The notes beneath the pieces were generated by a model, which saw only the letters and a program-made list of their open reading frames with translations, was not told the origin of the DNA and searched no databases. Made by a program: the position numbers and the translations under genes. Positions 33,610 through 43,068 of a DNA stretch of 64,000 bases are shown one piece after another (within the stretch, counting starts at the first letter, position 1; every line of letters begins with the position of its first letter). The stretch comes from Anaerolineae bacterium (GTDB lineage: Bacteria; Chloroflexota; Anaerolineae; B4-G1; DUEL01), in NCBI GenBank assembly GCA_025060135.1, contig JANXCY010000013.1, positions 2,203-66,202 of the forward strand, read 5' to 3'.

Positions 33610-35025
33610 GTGTACGCTCTCTTTGGTACCGACGGCATTCGCGGTACGACCGAATTTACCAATGAACACCGTTCCGTGAAACTGACTCCCGAATTGGCCC
33701 TGCGTATCGGGCAGGCAGTGGGATGTACCCTCACCCCCACCCCCGTACGGGAGGGGGGGAGGGCCCTGGCCATCATTGGCCGCGACCCCCGTATCTCCGG
33801 TATGATGCTGGAAAGCGCGCTCACCGCTGGCTTGCTCGCTCAAGGGGTAGACGTTCTCCAGGCCGGGGTCATTCCTACTCCCGCCGTCGCTTATTTAACT
33901 CGCCATCTGGGGGCCAGCCTCGGAGTGGTCATCTCCGCTTCCCACAACCCGGTGGAGGACAACGGCATTAAATTCTTCGGCCCCGATGGCTACAAACTGG
34001 CCGACGCGCTGGAGGAGCGGATTCAATCCCTGGTGCTGGACCCGAAGCGTGCCTTCACCCCCCGGGATACACGCGCCCTGGGCCGTTCCCGTCTGGCCCC
34101 TGAACTGGCGGCAGCCTACGTGGACTATCTGGTGCGCTCATGGCGGGGGAAGCGGGACCTCTCCGGCATTCGGGTCGTCCTGGAATGTGCCAACGGTGCC
34201 ACGTCGTTCGTCGCGCCGGAGGCCTTCCGGCGGTTGGGCGCCGAGGTGGAAGTCCTCAACGGGGACCCCGATGGCCTCAATATTAACAAGAGTTATGAGT
34301 ACATAGAGCCCCGCACCTTGGCGGCCCGCGTGGTGGCAGCCGGTGCTCATCTGGGCGTCGCCTTTGATGGCGACGGCGACCGGGTTATCCTGGTGGACGA
34401 ACGGGGCGGGATGGTGGATGGCGATGGGATTCTGGCTCTCCTGGCCCGCCATTTCCACACCCGGGGATTGCTTCCAGTCCCCGTCATCGTGGCAACGCCG
34501 ATGAGCAACTTCGGCTTGCATGAATACCTCCGCCTCCTGGGCATTGAGGTCGTGGAGGCAAAAGTTGGAGATAAATTTGTTCTGGAGCGAATGCGAGAAC
34601 TGGGGACCGTCCTGGGCGGAGAACAATCGGGCCATATCCTGATTCTGGATCGTGACCAGACCACCGGCGACGGTATCTATACCGCACTGGTCGTTGCCGC
34701 TCTGGTAGTGGATGAGGCCGACGGATCGCTTTCCCGCCTGATGGCCGGCATTCCCCGCTACCCTCAGGCCATGGTCAGCCTGGAGGCGCCCCGCGTCTCC
34801 GTCCCGCTGACGGAGATACCGGAAATCCGCGCGATTCTGGACGACCTGCGGGCCCAGGCCGGAGAGGGAGCAGAAGTGCTCCTGCGCTACTCTGGCACGG
34901 AAGACAAACTCCGTCTCTCCGTCCGCACCCGCGCCGTCGGCGACCCGGCGATGCTGGTGGAGGGCACCCGGCGCGCGCTGGAGCAAATTGTTGCCCGGGT
35001 GCAACACGAAGCCTCCCGTCTGTAA
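33610..35025 (+). CDS. glmM: Phosphoglucosamine mutase.
   Basis: FGTDGIRG, the active-site Ser loop SASHNP and GDGDR are present. A GTG start follows AGGAGG. Confidence 0.9.
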   Translation: MYALFGTDGIRGTTEFTNEHRSVKLTPELALRIGQAVGCTLTPTPVREGGRALAIIGRDPRISGMMLESALTAGLLAQGVDVLQAGVIPTPAVAYLTRHLGASLGVVISASHNPVEDNGIKFFGPDGYKLADALEERIQSLVLDPKRAFTPRDTRALGRSRLAPELAAAYVDYLVRSWRGKRDLSGIRVVLECANGATSFVAPEAFRRLGAEVEVLNGDPDGLNINKSYEYIEPRTLAARVVAAGAHLGVAFDGDGDRVILVDERGGMVDGDGILALLARHFHTRGLLPVPVIVATPMSNFGLHEYLRLLGIEVVEAKVGDKFVLERMRELGTVLGGEQSGHILILDRDQTTGDGIYTALVVAALVVDEADGSLSRLMAGIPRYPQAMVSLEAPRVSVPLTEIPEIRAILDDLRAQAGEGAEVLLRYSGTEDKLRLSVRTRAVGDPAMLVEGTRRALEQIVARVQHEASRL

Positions 35026-35070
35026 CCGCACGCCGGTCTGGAACGGTTGGGCATAGGAGGGCCAGACGAT

Positions 35071-35098
35071 GGCAGGAGCATTGTCAGAACCCCTGATG
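35071..35098 (+). promoter_or_regulatory. Promoter: TTGTCA, 16 nt, TATAAT.
   Basis: -35 at 35071-35076 and -10 at 35093-35098. It lies upstream of the CBS/ACT gene. Confidence 0.5.
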
Positions 35099-35145
35099 CC
35101 AGGTATAATTGCAATACCAGAGGGAATCTCCACAGGAGGTGAGCC

Positions 35146-35808
35146 ATGTTAGTCGGCGAACGAATGACCCCACGCCCCATCACGGTAACCGAGGATACCT
35201 CCCTCCCCGAAGCCCTGGAACTGATGCGGAAGGAAAAAATCCGCCGCCTCCCGGTACTGGATAAACACGGGAAACTGGTGGGTATCGTTACGGAACTGGA
35301 CCTGCTTCGAGCCTCCCCCTCCCCGGCCACCACGCTGAGTATATACGAGATGCCCTATCTCCTCTCCAAAGTCAAGATGCGGGAGATTATGACCCGAGAG
35401 ATGATCACGGTCACCGAGGATACCCCGATAGAGGAAGCCGCCCGCATTATGGCCGATCACAAAATCGGCGGCCTCCCGGTGATGCGCGGGGACAAACTGG
35501 TCGGCATCATCACCGAGACGGACATCTTCAAACTGATGCTGGAACTCTTCGGCGCCCGCCGGAACGGCATCCGGATTACCCTCCAGGTACCCGATGAGAA
35601 AGGCGTCCTGGCCCGGGTGACGGGCAAAATCGCCGAAATCGGCGGCAACATCCTCTCCCTGGGTACCGCAATGGGCGAAGACCCCTCCACCAGCACTCTG
35701 ATCATCCGGGTGGCCGATGTCTCAGAAGAGGCGCTGGTGGACGCGCTGAACAGCCTGGGCGGCGGTATCCGGGTTACTCATTCCCGCACCTGCCCCCTGC
35801 CTGTCTGA
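35146..35808 (+). CDS. CBS-pair plus ACT domain protein.
   Basis: Two CBS motifs are present (ITVTEDTSLPEALELM...RRLPVLD and ITVTEDTPIEEAARIM...GGLPVMR), followed by a C-terminal ACT-like domain. Confidence 0.7.
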   Translation: MLVGERMTPRPITVTEDTSLPEALELMRKEKIRRLPVLDKHGKLVGIVTELDLLRASPSPATTLSIYEMPYLLSKVKMREIMTREMITVTEDTPIEEAARIMADHKIGGLPVMRGDKLVGIITETDIFKLMLELFGARRNGIRITLQVPDEKGVLARVTGKIAEIGGNILSLGTAMGEDPSTSTLIIRVADVSEEALVDALNSLGGGIRVTHSRTCPLPV

Positions 35809-35821
35809 CCGATTCCAAACG

Positions 35822-37510
35822 ATGGACATCCCAAATCTCCGCTGGTGGGGATGGGGCACCCTGGACCGGTCTTACTCCCTGGAAAACCGGCCGCGTTTCT
35901 GGCCCACCCTGCGGGCTTGGCTGGGACTGCCGGACGACCTGACGGAACGCCCGCCAGTCCCCCTGGAGTCCATCCAACTCCGACCGTCCCGCCTGGATGA
36001 CCCGGTCCTGGCCTCTCTGCGCCGGCTGGTCGGAGAGGAAGCAGTCCGGCTGGACCAACGTGCCCGCGTAGAGCACGCCTGCGGCAAAGGCTACCGGGAC
36101 CTGGTGCGCGTGCGGGCCGGCTATATCCCCAACCCGCCGGATGCCGTCGTCTATCCGGCCGACGAGGGACAGGTGGCCGCCATCGTCGCCTGGGCCGCCG
36201 ACCGGGATATTCTCATCATCCCTTTCGGTGGCGGGAGCACCGTCACCGGTGCCGTGGAGCCCCCTCCCGACAACCGCCCTGCCATCAGCCTGGACCTGGC
36301 CCGGCTGGACCGACTGGTCTCCATAGACCCCGTTTCCCGGACCGCCCGCATCCAGGCCGGCGCGACCGGGCCGGAAGTGGAGGCCCAACTGAACGCGCAT
36401 GGCTTCACCCTGGGCCATTTTCCCCTCTCCTTTGAGTTTTCCACTCTCGGCGGCTGGATCGCCACCCGGGGCGCGGGTCAAGCCTCTGCCGGCTACGGCA
36501 AAATAGAGCATATGACCCAGGCGGTCCAGGTCGTCACGCCGATGGGCATCATAGAGACGCGCGACGTCCCCGCCAGCGCTACCGGCCCCAGTCTGCTGGA
36601 CATCCTGGTGGGTTCGGAGGGGGCCTGTGGGGTCATCACCCAGGCGACCATGCGTATCTGCCCCCGCCCCGAGGTCCAGGACTATCGTGGGTTCCTTTTC
36701 CAACACCTGGACAATGCCATCGCCGCGCTGCGCGACCTGATGCAGGAGGGCCCCTGCCCCACCATCGCCTGCCTTTCTGACCCGGAGGAGGCCGCCGGTC
36801 TTGCCGCCCTTGCCCCTGCCTACTCCGGCCTGCAGGCCCTGATAGACCGGGCCATGGACCGATACCTGACCTGGGTGGGCCACCGCATGACCCGTGGCAG
36901 TGGCCTTCTGCTCCTGGGCTACGACGGCCGCCCAGAGGACGTCCGCTCTCGCTGGCGGCGCGCGATCCCAATCTGCCGGGACCACGGCGGTCTGCCCCTG
37001 GGCCGCGGCGTCGGTGAATCCTGGAAACGGGAACGGTTCGCCCTGCCATACCTGCGGGATACGCTCCTGAGCGTCGGGATTCTGGTGGATACCCTGGAGA
37101 CAGCCACCACCTGGTCCAACCTGCTTCACCTCTACGAGGCGATGACAGCGGCCATTCGGGCGGCCATCCGGGATACCGGCGGCGGCCCCGGATATGTGAT
37201 GACCCGGGTCACCCACAGTTCCCCATGGGGGGCCGCTCTGTGTACTACTTTCCTGGGCCGCCAGGTGCCCGGTGCAGAGATTGAACAGTGGTGGGCCGTG
37301 AAGGAAGCGGCAACGGAGGCGATTCTGACAGCCGGAGGGACGCTCAGCCATCATTATGGCAGCGGCCGCGACCATGCTCGCTGGCTCCGGGAAGAAGTCG
37401 GTCCGCTGGGCCTGAAGACTCTGCAAGCCATCAAGGCCACCCTGGACCCCACCGGCATTATGAACCCGGGCGTCCTGCTCCCGCTGCCGACCCCAGGGGA
37501 TAGATCATAG
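35822..37510 (+). CDS. FAD-linked oxidase of the alkyl-dihydroxyacetonephosphate synthase (AGPS) type.
   Basis: The N-terminal RWWGWG resembles AGPS RWNGWG. The PCMH FAD-binding domain reads ILIIPFGGGSTVTG, with HHYGSG near the C-terminus. Confidence 0.65.
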   Translation: MDIPNLRWWGWGTLDRSYSLENRPRFWPTLRAWLGLPDDLTERPPVPLESIQLRPSRLDDPVLASLRRLVGEEAVRLDQRARVEHACGKGYRDLVRVRAGYIPNPPDAVVYPADEGQVAAIVAWAADRDILIIPFGGGSTVTGAVEPPPDNRPAISLDLARLDRLVSIDPVSRTARIQAGATGPEVEAQLNAHGFTLGHFPLSFEFSTLGGWIATRGAGQASAGYGKIEHMTQAVQVVTPMGIIETRDVPASATGPSLLDILVGSEGACGVITQATMRICPRPEVQDYRGFLFQHLDNAIAALRDLMQEGPCPTIACLSDPEEAAGLAALAPAYSGLQALIDRAMDRYLTWVGHRMTRGSGLLLLGYDGRPEDVRSRWRRAIPICRDHGGLPLGRGVGESWKRERFALPYLRDTLLSVGILVDTLETATTWSNLLHLYEAMTAAIRAAIRDTGGGPGYVMTRVTHSSPWGAALCTTFLGRQVPGAEIEQWWAVKEAATEAILTAGGTLSHHYGSGRDHARWLREEVGPLGLKTLQAIKATLDPTGIMNPGVLLPLPTPGDRS

Positions 37511-37610
37511 ATCCCAGCGAAAATGTTCACTGTCGGCTGCACAGCAGCGGAGCGGCATTCAGGCTCCACGGCATTCCTCGATCATGCCTCATGCCTAACG
37601 AATTTTCCAA

Positions 37611-39173
37611 ATGTACTCTGAGACGACCCCACGGAACACGAAAAACGCAACACGGATGAAACGCCGTCGCACCGACTGGGCCGCCCTTCAGGGCTGTGCG
37701 CTCACCGGATTCGTACTGCTCTGGCTGATCGGAGCCGGACTGGTGGGGTATACGTTTGTTGCGCTGGGCCGGCAGCCGACGCCCACCCCGGTGCCGCCAC
37801 CGACTCCTCCGCCCTCTCCTACGCCGACAGCGACCCTCACTCCGACCCCTACGCCCAGCCCAACGCCGACCTTCACCCCGACACCGATGCCCAGCCCGAC
37901 CCCAACTCCAACGCGTACTGCGACGCCGACTCCCCGCCCCACTCTCCCCCTGCTCTTTCCGCCGGGCACCATGGTTATTCCTTCTCCCTTCCCGATGCCC
38001 ACGCCCGACCCCAACGCGCCCCCTGATGCAGCCATCCCGACGCCCGTGAGTCCCATCCCCGTCGCCGCCGACGCCGTCAACATCGTCGTCTTGGGCAGCG
38101 ATAAACGCCCCCATTGGACGGAATGGCACACCGACGCCATCCACATCGTCTCCATCCAGCGGAACCGGGCTGTCGTCTCCGTCATCTCCATCCCGCGCGA
38201 CCTCTATGTCTACATCCCCGGCGACGGGATGAACCGCATCAACATGGCCGACTACCACGGCGAGGCTACCGGCTACCCGGGCGGCGGGTGGGGCAACCTG
38301 CGGGATACGCTCCTCTACAACCTGGGCATCCGCGCGGACTACTACGTCCGCACCGACTTTGACGGCCTCATCGGCATCGTAGACGCGCTGGGCGGCATAG
38401 AAGTCCCCGTCCACTGCCGCCTGAGCGACCACTGGCCTTATCCCGACGCCAGCGGACAGTACCCCATCTTCACCCTGGAACCGGGCGTCCACCATCTGGA
38501 CGGCGAACAGGCCCTCTGGTACGCCCGCTCCCGGATGACGACCAGCGTCTTCTCCCGGGACCGCCGTCAGCAACAGGTCTTGCAGGCCATCTGGCACAAA
38601 ATCCGGGACGGCGGCTGGCTGGCCCAAATTCCCACCCTTTGGGACCAGTTCCAGAGCATGTTTGTGACCAACTTAGACCTGCCCACCGTCCTGGACCTGG
38701 CACGGGTGGCCTTTTTCCTGCCGGAACAGAACATCCGCTATTACAATATTGGCGCGCAGCATGTAACGCCCTGGGTAACCTCCTGGGGCGGGAACGTCTT
38801 CGTGCCCCGGTGGGAGGCGATAGAGCCACTCCTGCGGGAAGCCATGGCGCCGCCTTCCGAAGGCCGCCTGACCCGAACCTTTATGCCCGTGGAAGTCTGG
38901 AACGGGACCCCCAACCCGGACTGGGACCTGCTGGCGGTGGACCGGCTGATCCGGGCAGGCTTCCCGGCCATCCCAGGTCAACCGGATCGCCGGGATTACC
39001 CCCAGACGATGCTCATTGTCTTCCGGGAGCATGCCAAGGGGATAGGCGTGGAGGACCTGAAACGGATGTTCGGGATTCCTGAGGAGCGGGTGTCCTACGA
39101 GCCTAACTGGGGCACCGCCTACGGCTTCCGCCTGATCATCGGCGCCGATTATCAGACGTGCTATGAGAGATAG
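37611..39173 (+). CDS. LCP (LytR-CpsA-Psr) family glycopolymer transferase with a long Pro/Thr-rich linker.
   Basis: A TM anchor is followed by a PT-repeat linker of about 75 aa (37760-37990), then an LCP catalytic domain (NIVVLGSDKRP...SIPRDLYVYIPG...NRIN) and a LytR_C-like end. Confidence 0.8.
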   Translation: MYSETTPRNTKNATRMKRRRTDWAALQGCALTGFVLLWLIGAGLVGYTFVALGRQPTPTPVPPPTPPPSPTPTATLTPTPTPSPTPTFTPTPMPSPTPTPTRTATPTPRPTLPLLFPPGTMVIPSPFPMPTPDPNAPPDAAIPTPVSPIPVAADAVNIVVLGSDKRPHWTEWHTDAIHIVSIQRNRAVVSVISIPRDLYVYIPGDGMNRINMADYHGEATGYPGGGWGNLRDTLLYNLGIRADYYVRTDFDGLIGIVDALGGIEVPVHCRLSDHWPYPDASGQYPIFTLEPGVHHLDGEQALWYARSRMTTSVFSRDRRQQQVLQAIWHKIRDGGWLAQIPTLWDQFQSMFVTNLDLPTVLDLARVAFFLPEQNIRYYNIGAQHVTPWVTSWGGNVFVPRWEAIEPLLREAMAPPSEGRLTRTFMPVEVWNGTPNPDWDLLAVDRLIRAGFPAIPGQPDRRDYPQTMLIVFREHAKGIGVEDLKRMFGIPEERVSYEPNWGTAYGFRLIIGADYQTCYER

Positions 39174-40065
39174 ACCTGTGGTGGTCATAAAGGGCGGCGG
39201 TGATCTGGGCACGGGTGTCGCCTGGCGGCTCCACCGCTGCGGCTTTCGCGTCCTGGTTACCGAGATTGCCCGGCCCACGGTCATCCGCCGCGCGGTGGCC
39301 TTCGCCTCGGCGGTCTATGAGGGAACCATCACCGTAGATGGCGTTACCGCGCGGCGGGTGGAGGATGAGGCCGGTATCCGGGCCGCCTGGGCCGCCGACG
39401 AGGTCCCCGTTGTCGTGGACCCGCAGGCGGAATGGGCCGCGCGCCTCCGCCCCCTGGCGGTGATAGACGCCATCATGGCCAAGCGCAACACCGGCACCCG
39501 GATCACCGATGCACCGATTGTGGTGGCGCTGGGACCGGGATTCGTCGCCGGCGTGGATTGCCATGCGGTGGTGGAGACCCATCGGGGCCACAACCTGGGA
39601 CGGGTCATCCTGGAAGGGAGCGCCGAGCCGGATACGGGCGTCCCTGGCGAGCTGGGCGGCGAGAGCGCGCGGCGGGTCCTGCGCGCGCCCACCGACGGCA
39701 TCTTTCGGGGAATCCGCGCCATCGGCGACCAGGTACAGGCCGGAGAGGCGGTGGCCTATGTGGACAACGTCCCCGTCCTATCCCAACTGGACGGCGTCCT
39801 GCGAGGCCTCCTCCACGACGGGCTGAGAGTACGCGCGGGGATGAAGGTGGGGGATGTGGACCCCCGGGCCGTCGTCGCCCACTGCTTCACCATCTCCGAT
39901 AAGGCCCTGGCAGTCGGCGGAGGAGTGCTGGAAGCGGTCCTCTACCTGGCCCGCCGGGTTTCCCGCTCCCCAGAGGGTGCAGGAGCCATCGGAGATGATA
40001 TAGGGATGGGGCGGCAGCCTGAGACTACCGTCCCATCCCCTGGTCCTTCGCCTCTCCCAGATTAG
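39163..40065 (+). CDS. XdhC/YqeB-like Rossmann protein. It may be the EF2563-family selenium-dependent molybdenum hydroxylase maturation factor.
   Basis: VVIKGGGDLGTGVAWRLHRCGFRVLVTE...PTVIRRAVAFASAVYEG resembles the YqeB/EF2563 family. The identification is from memory and is not conclusive. The probable start is GTG at 39178. Confidence 0.4.
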   Translation: MRDRPVVVIKGGGDLGTGVAWRLHRCGFRVLVTEIARPTVIRRAVAFASAVYEGTITVDGVTARRVEDEAGIRAAWAADEVPVVVDPQAEWAARLRPLAVIDAIMAKRNTGTRITDAPIVVALGPGFVAGVDCHAVVETHRGHNLGRVILEGSAEPDTGVPGELGGESARRVLRAPTDGIFRGIRAIGDQVQAGEAVAYVDNVPVLSQLDGVLRGLLHDGLRVRAGMKVGDVDPRAVVAHCFTISDKALAVGGGVLEAVLYLARRVSRSPEGAGAIGDDIGMGRQPETTVPSPGPSPLPD

Positions 40066-40132
40066 AGCACCCAGTGGCGCGCTCCGGGACGGTGAACCGC
40101 TATGCCTGCGGGTGAATCCATCCGAAGGGCAC

Positions 40133-41068
40133 TCACCCGAGCAATCCCTGGAGCCCATACCCCGCGCCCAGCAGCAACCCCGTTAGCAGGTGGATGCGGA
40201 TGGTGAGCGCGTTGGCCGGGGTCAGTTCGCGCGGGTGGTCGTAGTGCACCCGGGCAATGCGGTAAGCCCGCACGGCCAGCGGAACCGTCAGCAGGCCGAT
40301 CAGCGCAAAGGGAGTGATCATATTCAGCAGGACCCCAACCAGGATGGAAAGATACGTAAGGGCCAGCATAATCCCGTAGGCCATGGCCGCCCGACGGCGC
40401 CCAAGCCGTACCACCAGGTGATTCTTCCCCACCGCTGCGTCGGCCCGCATATCCTGGAATTCGTTGATCCAGAGGATCAGCGTAACCAGCAGGCCAACGG
40501 GGATAGCCGCCATCACCGGCTCCCAGGCCAACTGCTGGGTCTGGACTGCGTAGGCGCCCAGGACCATCAGCGGGCCGAAGCAGAGCCCCACGGCCAGTTC
40601 TCCCAGGCCCGTCCGCGCCAGGCGGATGGGCGGCGCAGTGTAAAAGTACCCACAGAAGACGCCGATGATTCCCAGCCAGAGGATGGCCCAACTGCGGGTG
40701 AAAGCCAGGAACAGGCCAATCAGCCCACCCAGAACGAAAAAGCCAATCCCCTGCCAGAGCATCTCCTCGGGTTTGACCAGACCCATCTGGATGAGGCGGC
40801 TGCCGCCGGTGAAGGGGCTGGCAAATTCGGTATTGACCTCATCGGAGCCCCATTTGTGATCAAAGTAGTCGTTGGTCATATTGGTACCCGCATTGAGGGC
40901 AACGGCCCCGACAAGGGTGAGCAGAAAGTACCAGAGGTTAAAGGCCCCCGTCCGGGCCCAGGCCAGGGCTGTCCCCAGCACGACCGGGACAATGTCGGCC
41001 ACGAAGAACGGGGCCCGCGTCTTGACCACCCAGAGGGGCGGCATCTGGGGTTGAGCCATATCGGTCAT
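40133..41068 (-). CDS. menA: UbiA-family prenyltransferase (MenA-like).
   Basis: There are 8-9 TM helices. NDYFDHKWGSD is the aspartate-rich motif, with a second motif near INEFQDMRAD. Confidence 0.6.
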   Translation of the reverse strand: MTDMAQPQMPPLWVVKTRAPFFVADIVPVVLGTALAWARTGAFNLWYFLLTLVGAVALNAGTNMTNDYFDHKWGSDEVNTEFASPFTGGSRLIQMGLVKPEEMLWQGIGFFVLGGLIGLFLAFTRSWAILWLGIIGVFCGYFYTAPPIRLARTGLGELAVGLCFGPLMVLGAYAVQTQQLAWEPVMAAIPVGLLVTLILWINEFQDMRADAAVGKNHLVVRLGRRRAAMAYGIMLALTYLSILVGVLLNMITPFALIGLLTVPLAVRAYRIARVHYDHPRELTPANALTIRIHLLTGLLLGAGYGLQGLLG

Positions 41069-41384
41069 CGCTGATCACCTCCTGGAAAGATTGAGCCGAA
41101 CGACAAGGACCTCCGCCGGTGCCCTGTCGCCAGGCCGCCGGGCTGAGCACACAGGCCCACCGCCTGCGCTACGGATCACCGGGAAGGTGTGTCGTAACGC
41201 CCACTCATTATACCATGCCCCGCCCCCCAATTCCTCTTCGCTGGCCAGCAAGGGGAGATCTCCAAAAACACCAGGTGGAAAGACGGTCGTATCCACTGGC
41301 AACCGAGAGAGAACGATACGCCCGACTTGCCCGGTCGCAGCGCCTGTGTTATGATTGAGCAAGCCTTTATAATGTAGCAGGGGA

Positions 41385-42728
41385 GTGCCGATGATTTCTT
41401 GGGACGTTGAAATTGCCGAGGCCATTCGCCATCTCCAGGCTCTGATCCGCATCCCCACCGTCAATCCGCCAGGGAACGAGAAACCGGCAGCGGAGTACCT
41501 GGCGGATGTACTCGCCGCCGAGGGGTACGACCCAGTCGTGCTGGAATCGGCGCCGGGGCGGGGGAACGTCGTCGCCCGCTACCGGGGAAGCGGAGAGGCA
41601 CCGCCACTCTTGCTCCTTTCCCACCTGGACGTGGTGCCAGCCGAGCGGGAGAAATGGGAGCGCGACCCCTTCGGCGGCGAACTGGTGGACGGCTACGTCT
41701 GGGGGCGCGGGGCGCTGGATATGAAATTCGCCACCGCGATGCAACTGGAAACGATGCTCCTCCTGGCCCGCCAGGGACTCCCCCTGAAACGGGACGTCAT
41801 TTTCGCCGCCACTGCCGACGAAGAGGCGGGAGGCCGTTACGGCATCGGCTACCTGATAGACCACCACCCGGAGAAAATCCGCGCGGAATACGCGCTGACG
41901 GAATTCGGCGGATTCCCCCTCAACGTGGGCGGAAAGCGCATCTACCTCTGCCAGACGGCGGAGAAGGGCATCTGCTGGGTGCGGATGCGGGCCCGGGGAG
42001 CACCAGGACACGGGTCTGTTCCTCACCAGGACAACGCGGTGGTCAAACTGGCGGAGGCGGTAGCGAAACTGGGCCGGGCTACTCTCCCCTTCCACCACAC
42101 CGACACGGTGGCCGGGATGGTGGAGGGGATGGCCGCCGCGCTGGGTGGCCTGCGGGGTACGGTCCTGCGCGGCATTCTGAATCCGACGTTAAGTTCCCTG
42201 ATCCTGCGCCGGGCCATCCGGGACCCTCAGCAGGTGCGTTACTTCCACGCGCTCCTGCACAACACCGTTTCTCCTACCGTCCTGCGGGCTGGGAGCAAGA
42301 CCAACGTCATCCCGTCGGAGGCGGAGGCGGAACTGGATGGCCGGATTCTCCCCGGGCAAGACCTGAATTCCTTCCTGGCCGAAGTGCGGGCCGTTGTAGG
42401 AGACGGCTTGGAGTTTGAGCCCATTCTGGTGGCACCCCCGGTGGCGACGGACCACCGGACTCCGCTTTTTGCGGCGATGGCGGAGGGATTGCGTCGGCGC
42501 GACCCGGAGGCGGTTGCGGTGCTGCCCATGATGGTAACCGGCGGGACGGACGCGAAACACCTGGCGCGGGCTGGCATCCCCTGCTACGGCTTCACCCCGG
42601 TCCAGTTGCCGCCGGAGATGAACTTTATGCAGATGATCCACGGCCACAACGAACGAGTCCCGGTGGACGGCCTGGCCTTCGGCGTCCGGGTGCTGTATGA
42701 GGTCGTGGTGGAGTTTTGTCAGAAGTAA
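41385..42728 (+). CDS. M20-family metallopeptidase/deacylase.
   Basis: LSHLDVVPA, WGRGALDMK, the ATADEEAGG dimetal site and HGHNE are present. Confidence 0.8.
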   Translation: MPMISWDVEIAEAIRHLQALIRIPTVNPPGNEKPAAEYLADVLAAEGYDPVVLESAPGRGNVVARYRGSGEAPPLLLLSHLDVVPAEREKWERDPFGGELVDGYVWGRGALDMKFATAMQLETMLLLARQGLPLKRDVIFAATADEEAGGRYGIGYLIDHHPEKIRAEYALTEFGGFPLNVGGKRIYLCQTAEKGICWVRMRARGAPGHGSVPHQDNAVVKLAEAVAKLGRATLPFHHTDTVAGMVEGMAAALGGLRGTVLRGILNPTLSSLILRRAIRDPQQVRYFHALLHNTVSPTVLRAGSKTNVIPSEAEAELDGRILPGQDLNSFLAEVRAVVGDGLEFEPILVAPPVATDHRTPLFAAMAEGLRRRDPEAVAVLPMMVTGGTDAKHLARAGIPCYGFTPVQLPPEMNFMQMIHGHNERVPVDGLAFGVRVLYEVVVEFCQK

Positions 42729-42862
42729 ATTAGATCGCACGTCGCACGGCGCAGGTCGCAGGGCGCAAGGTCGCAAGTGGAGGATGGAGGCAAATCTACT
42801 TGCATGAAATCTTGCTTCCGGCAATCCTGCTTCTTCCAATCTCATCTTTCCGGAGGTGAACG

Positions 42863-43060
42863 ATGGAGTGCAAACAGGAACGCAATCTAACCCGCTGTAC
42901 CTGCACCTATGAACCCTGTCCCCGCAAAGGGCTCTGCTGCGAGTGTCTCTTCTACCATCTGAGCCACGACGAACTGCCCGGGTGCGTCTTCCCGCCCGAA
43001 GCGGAGCGGACTTACAACCGGTCCAAACGGTATTTTGCGCAGATTTACAGCAGAAAGTAA
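42863..43060 (+). CDS. Small cysteine-rich protein (65 aa).
   Basis: MECKQERNLTRCTCTYEPCPRKGLCCECLFYHLSHDELPGC has eight Cys. The gene has lower GC (~55%) than its surroundings. It is the first gene before the GT-C array. Family recognition is approximate. Confidence 0.45.
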   Translation: MECKQERNLTRCTCTYEPCPRKGLCCECLFYHLSHDELPGCVFPPEAERTYNRSKRYFAQIYSRK

Positions 43061-43068
43061 CTGCGCTG

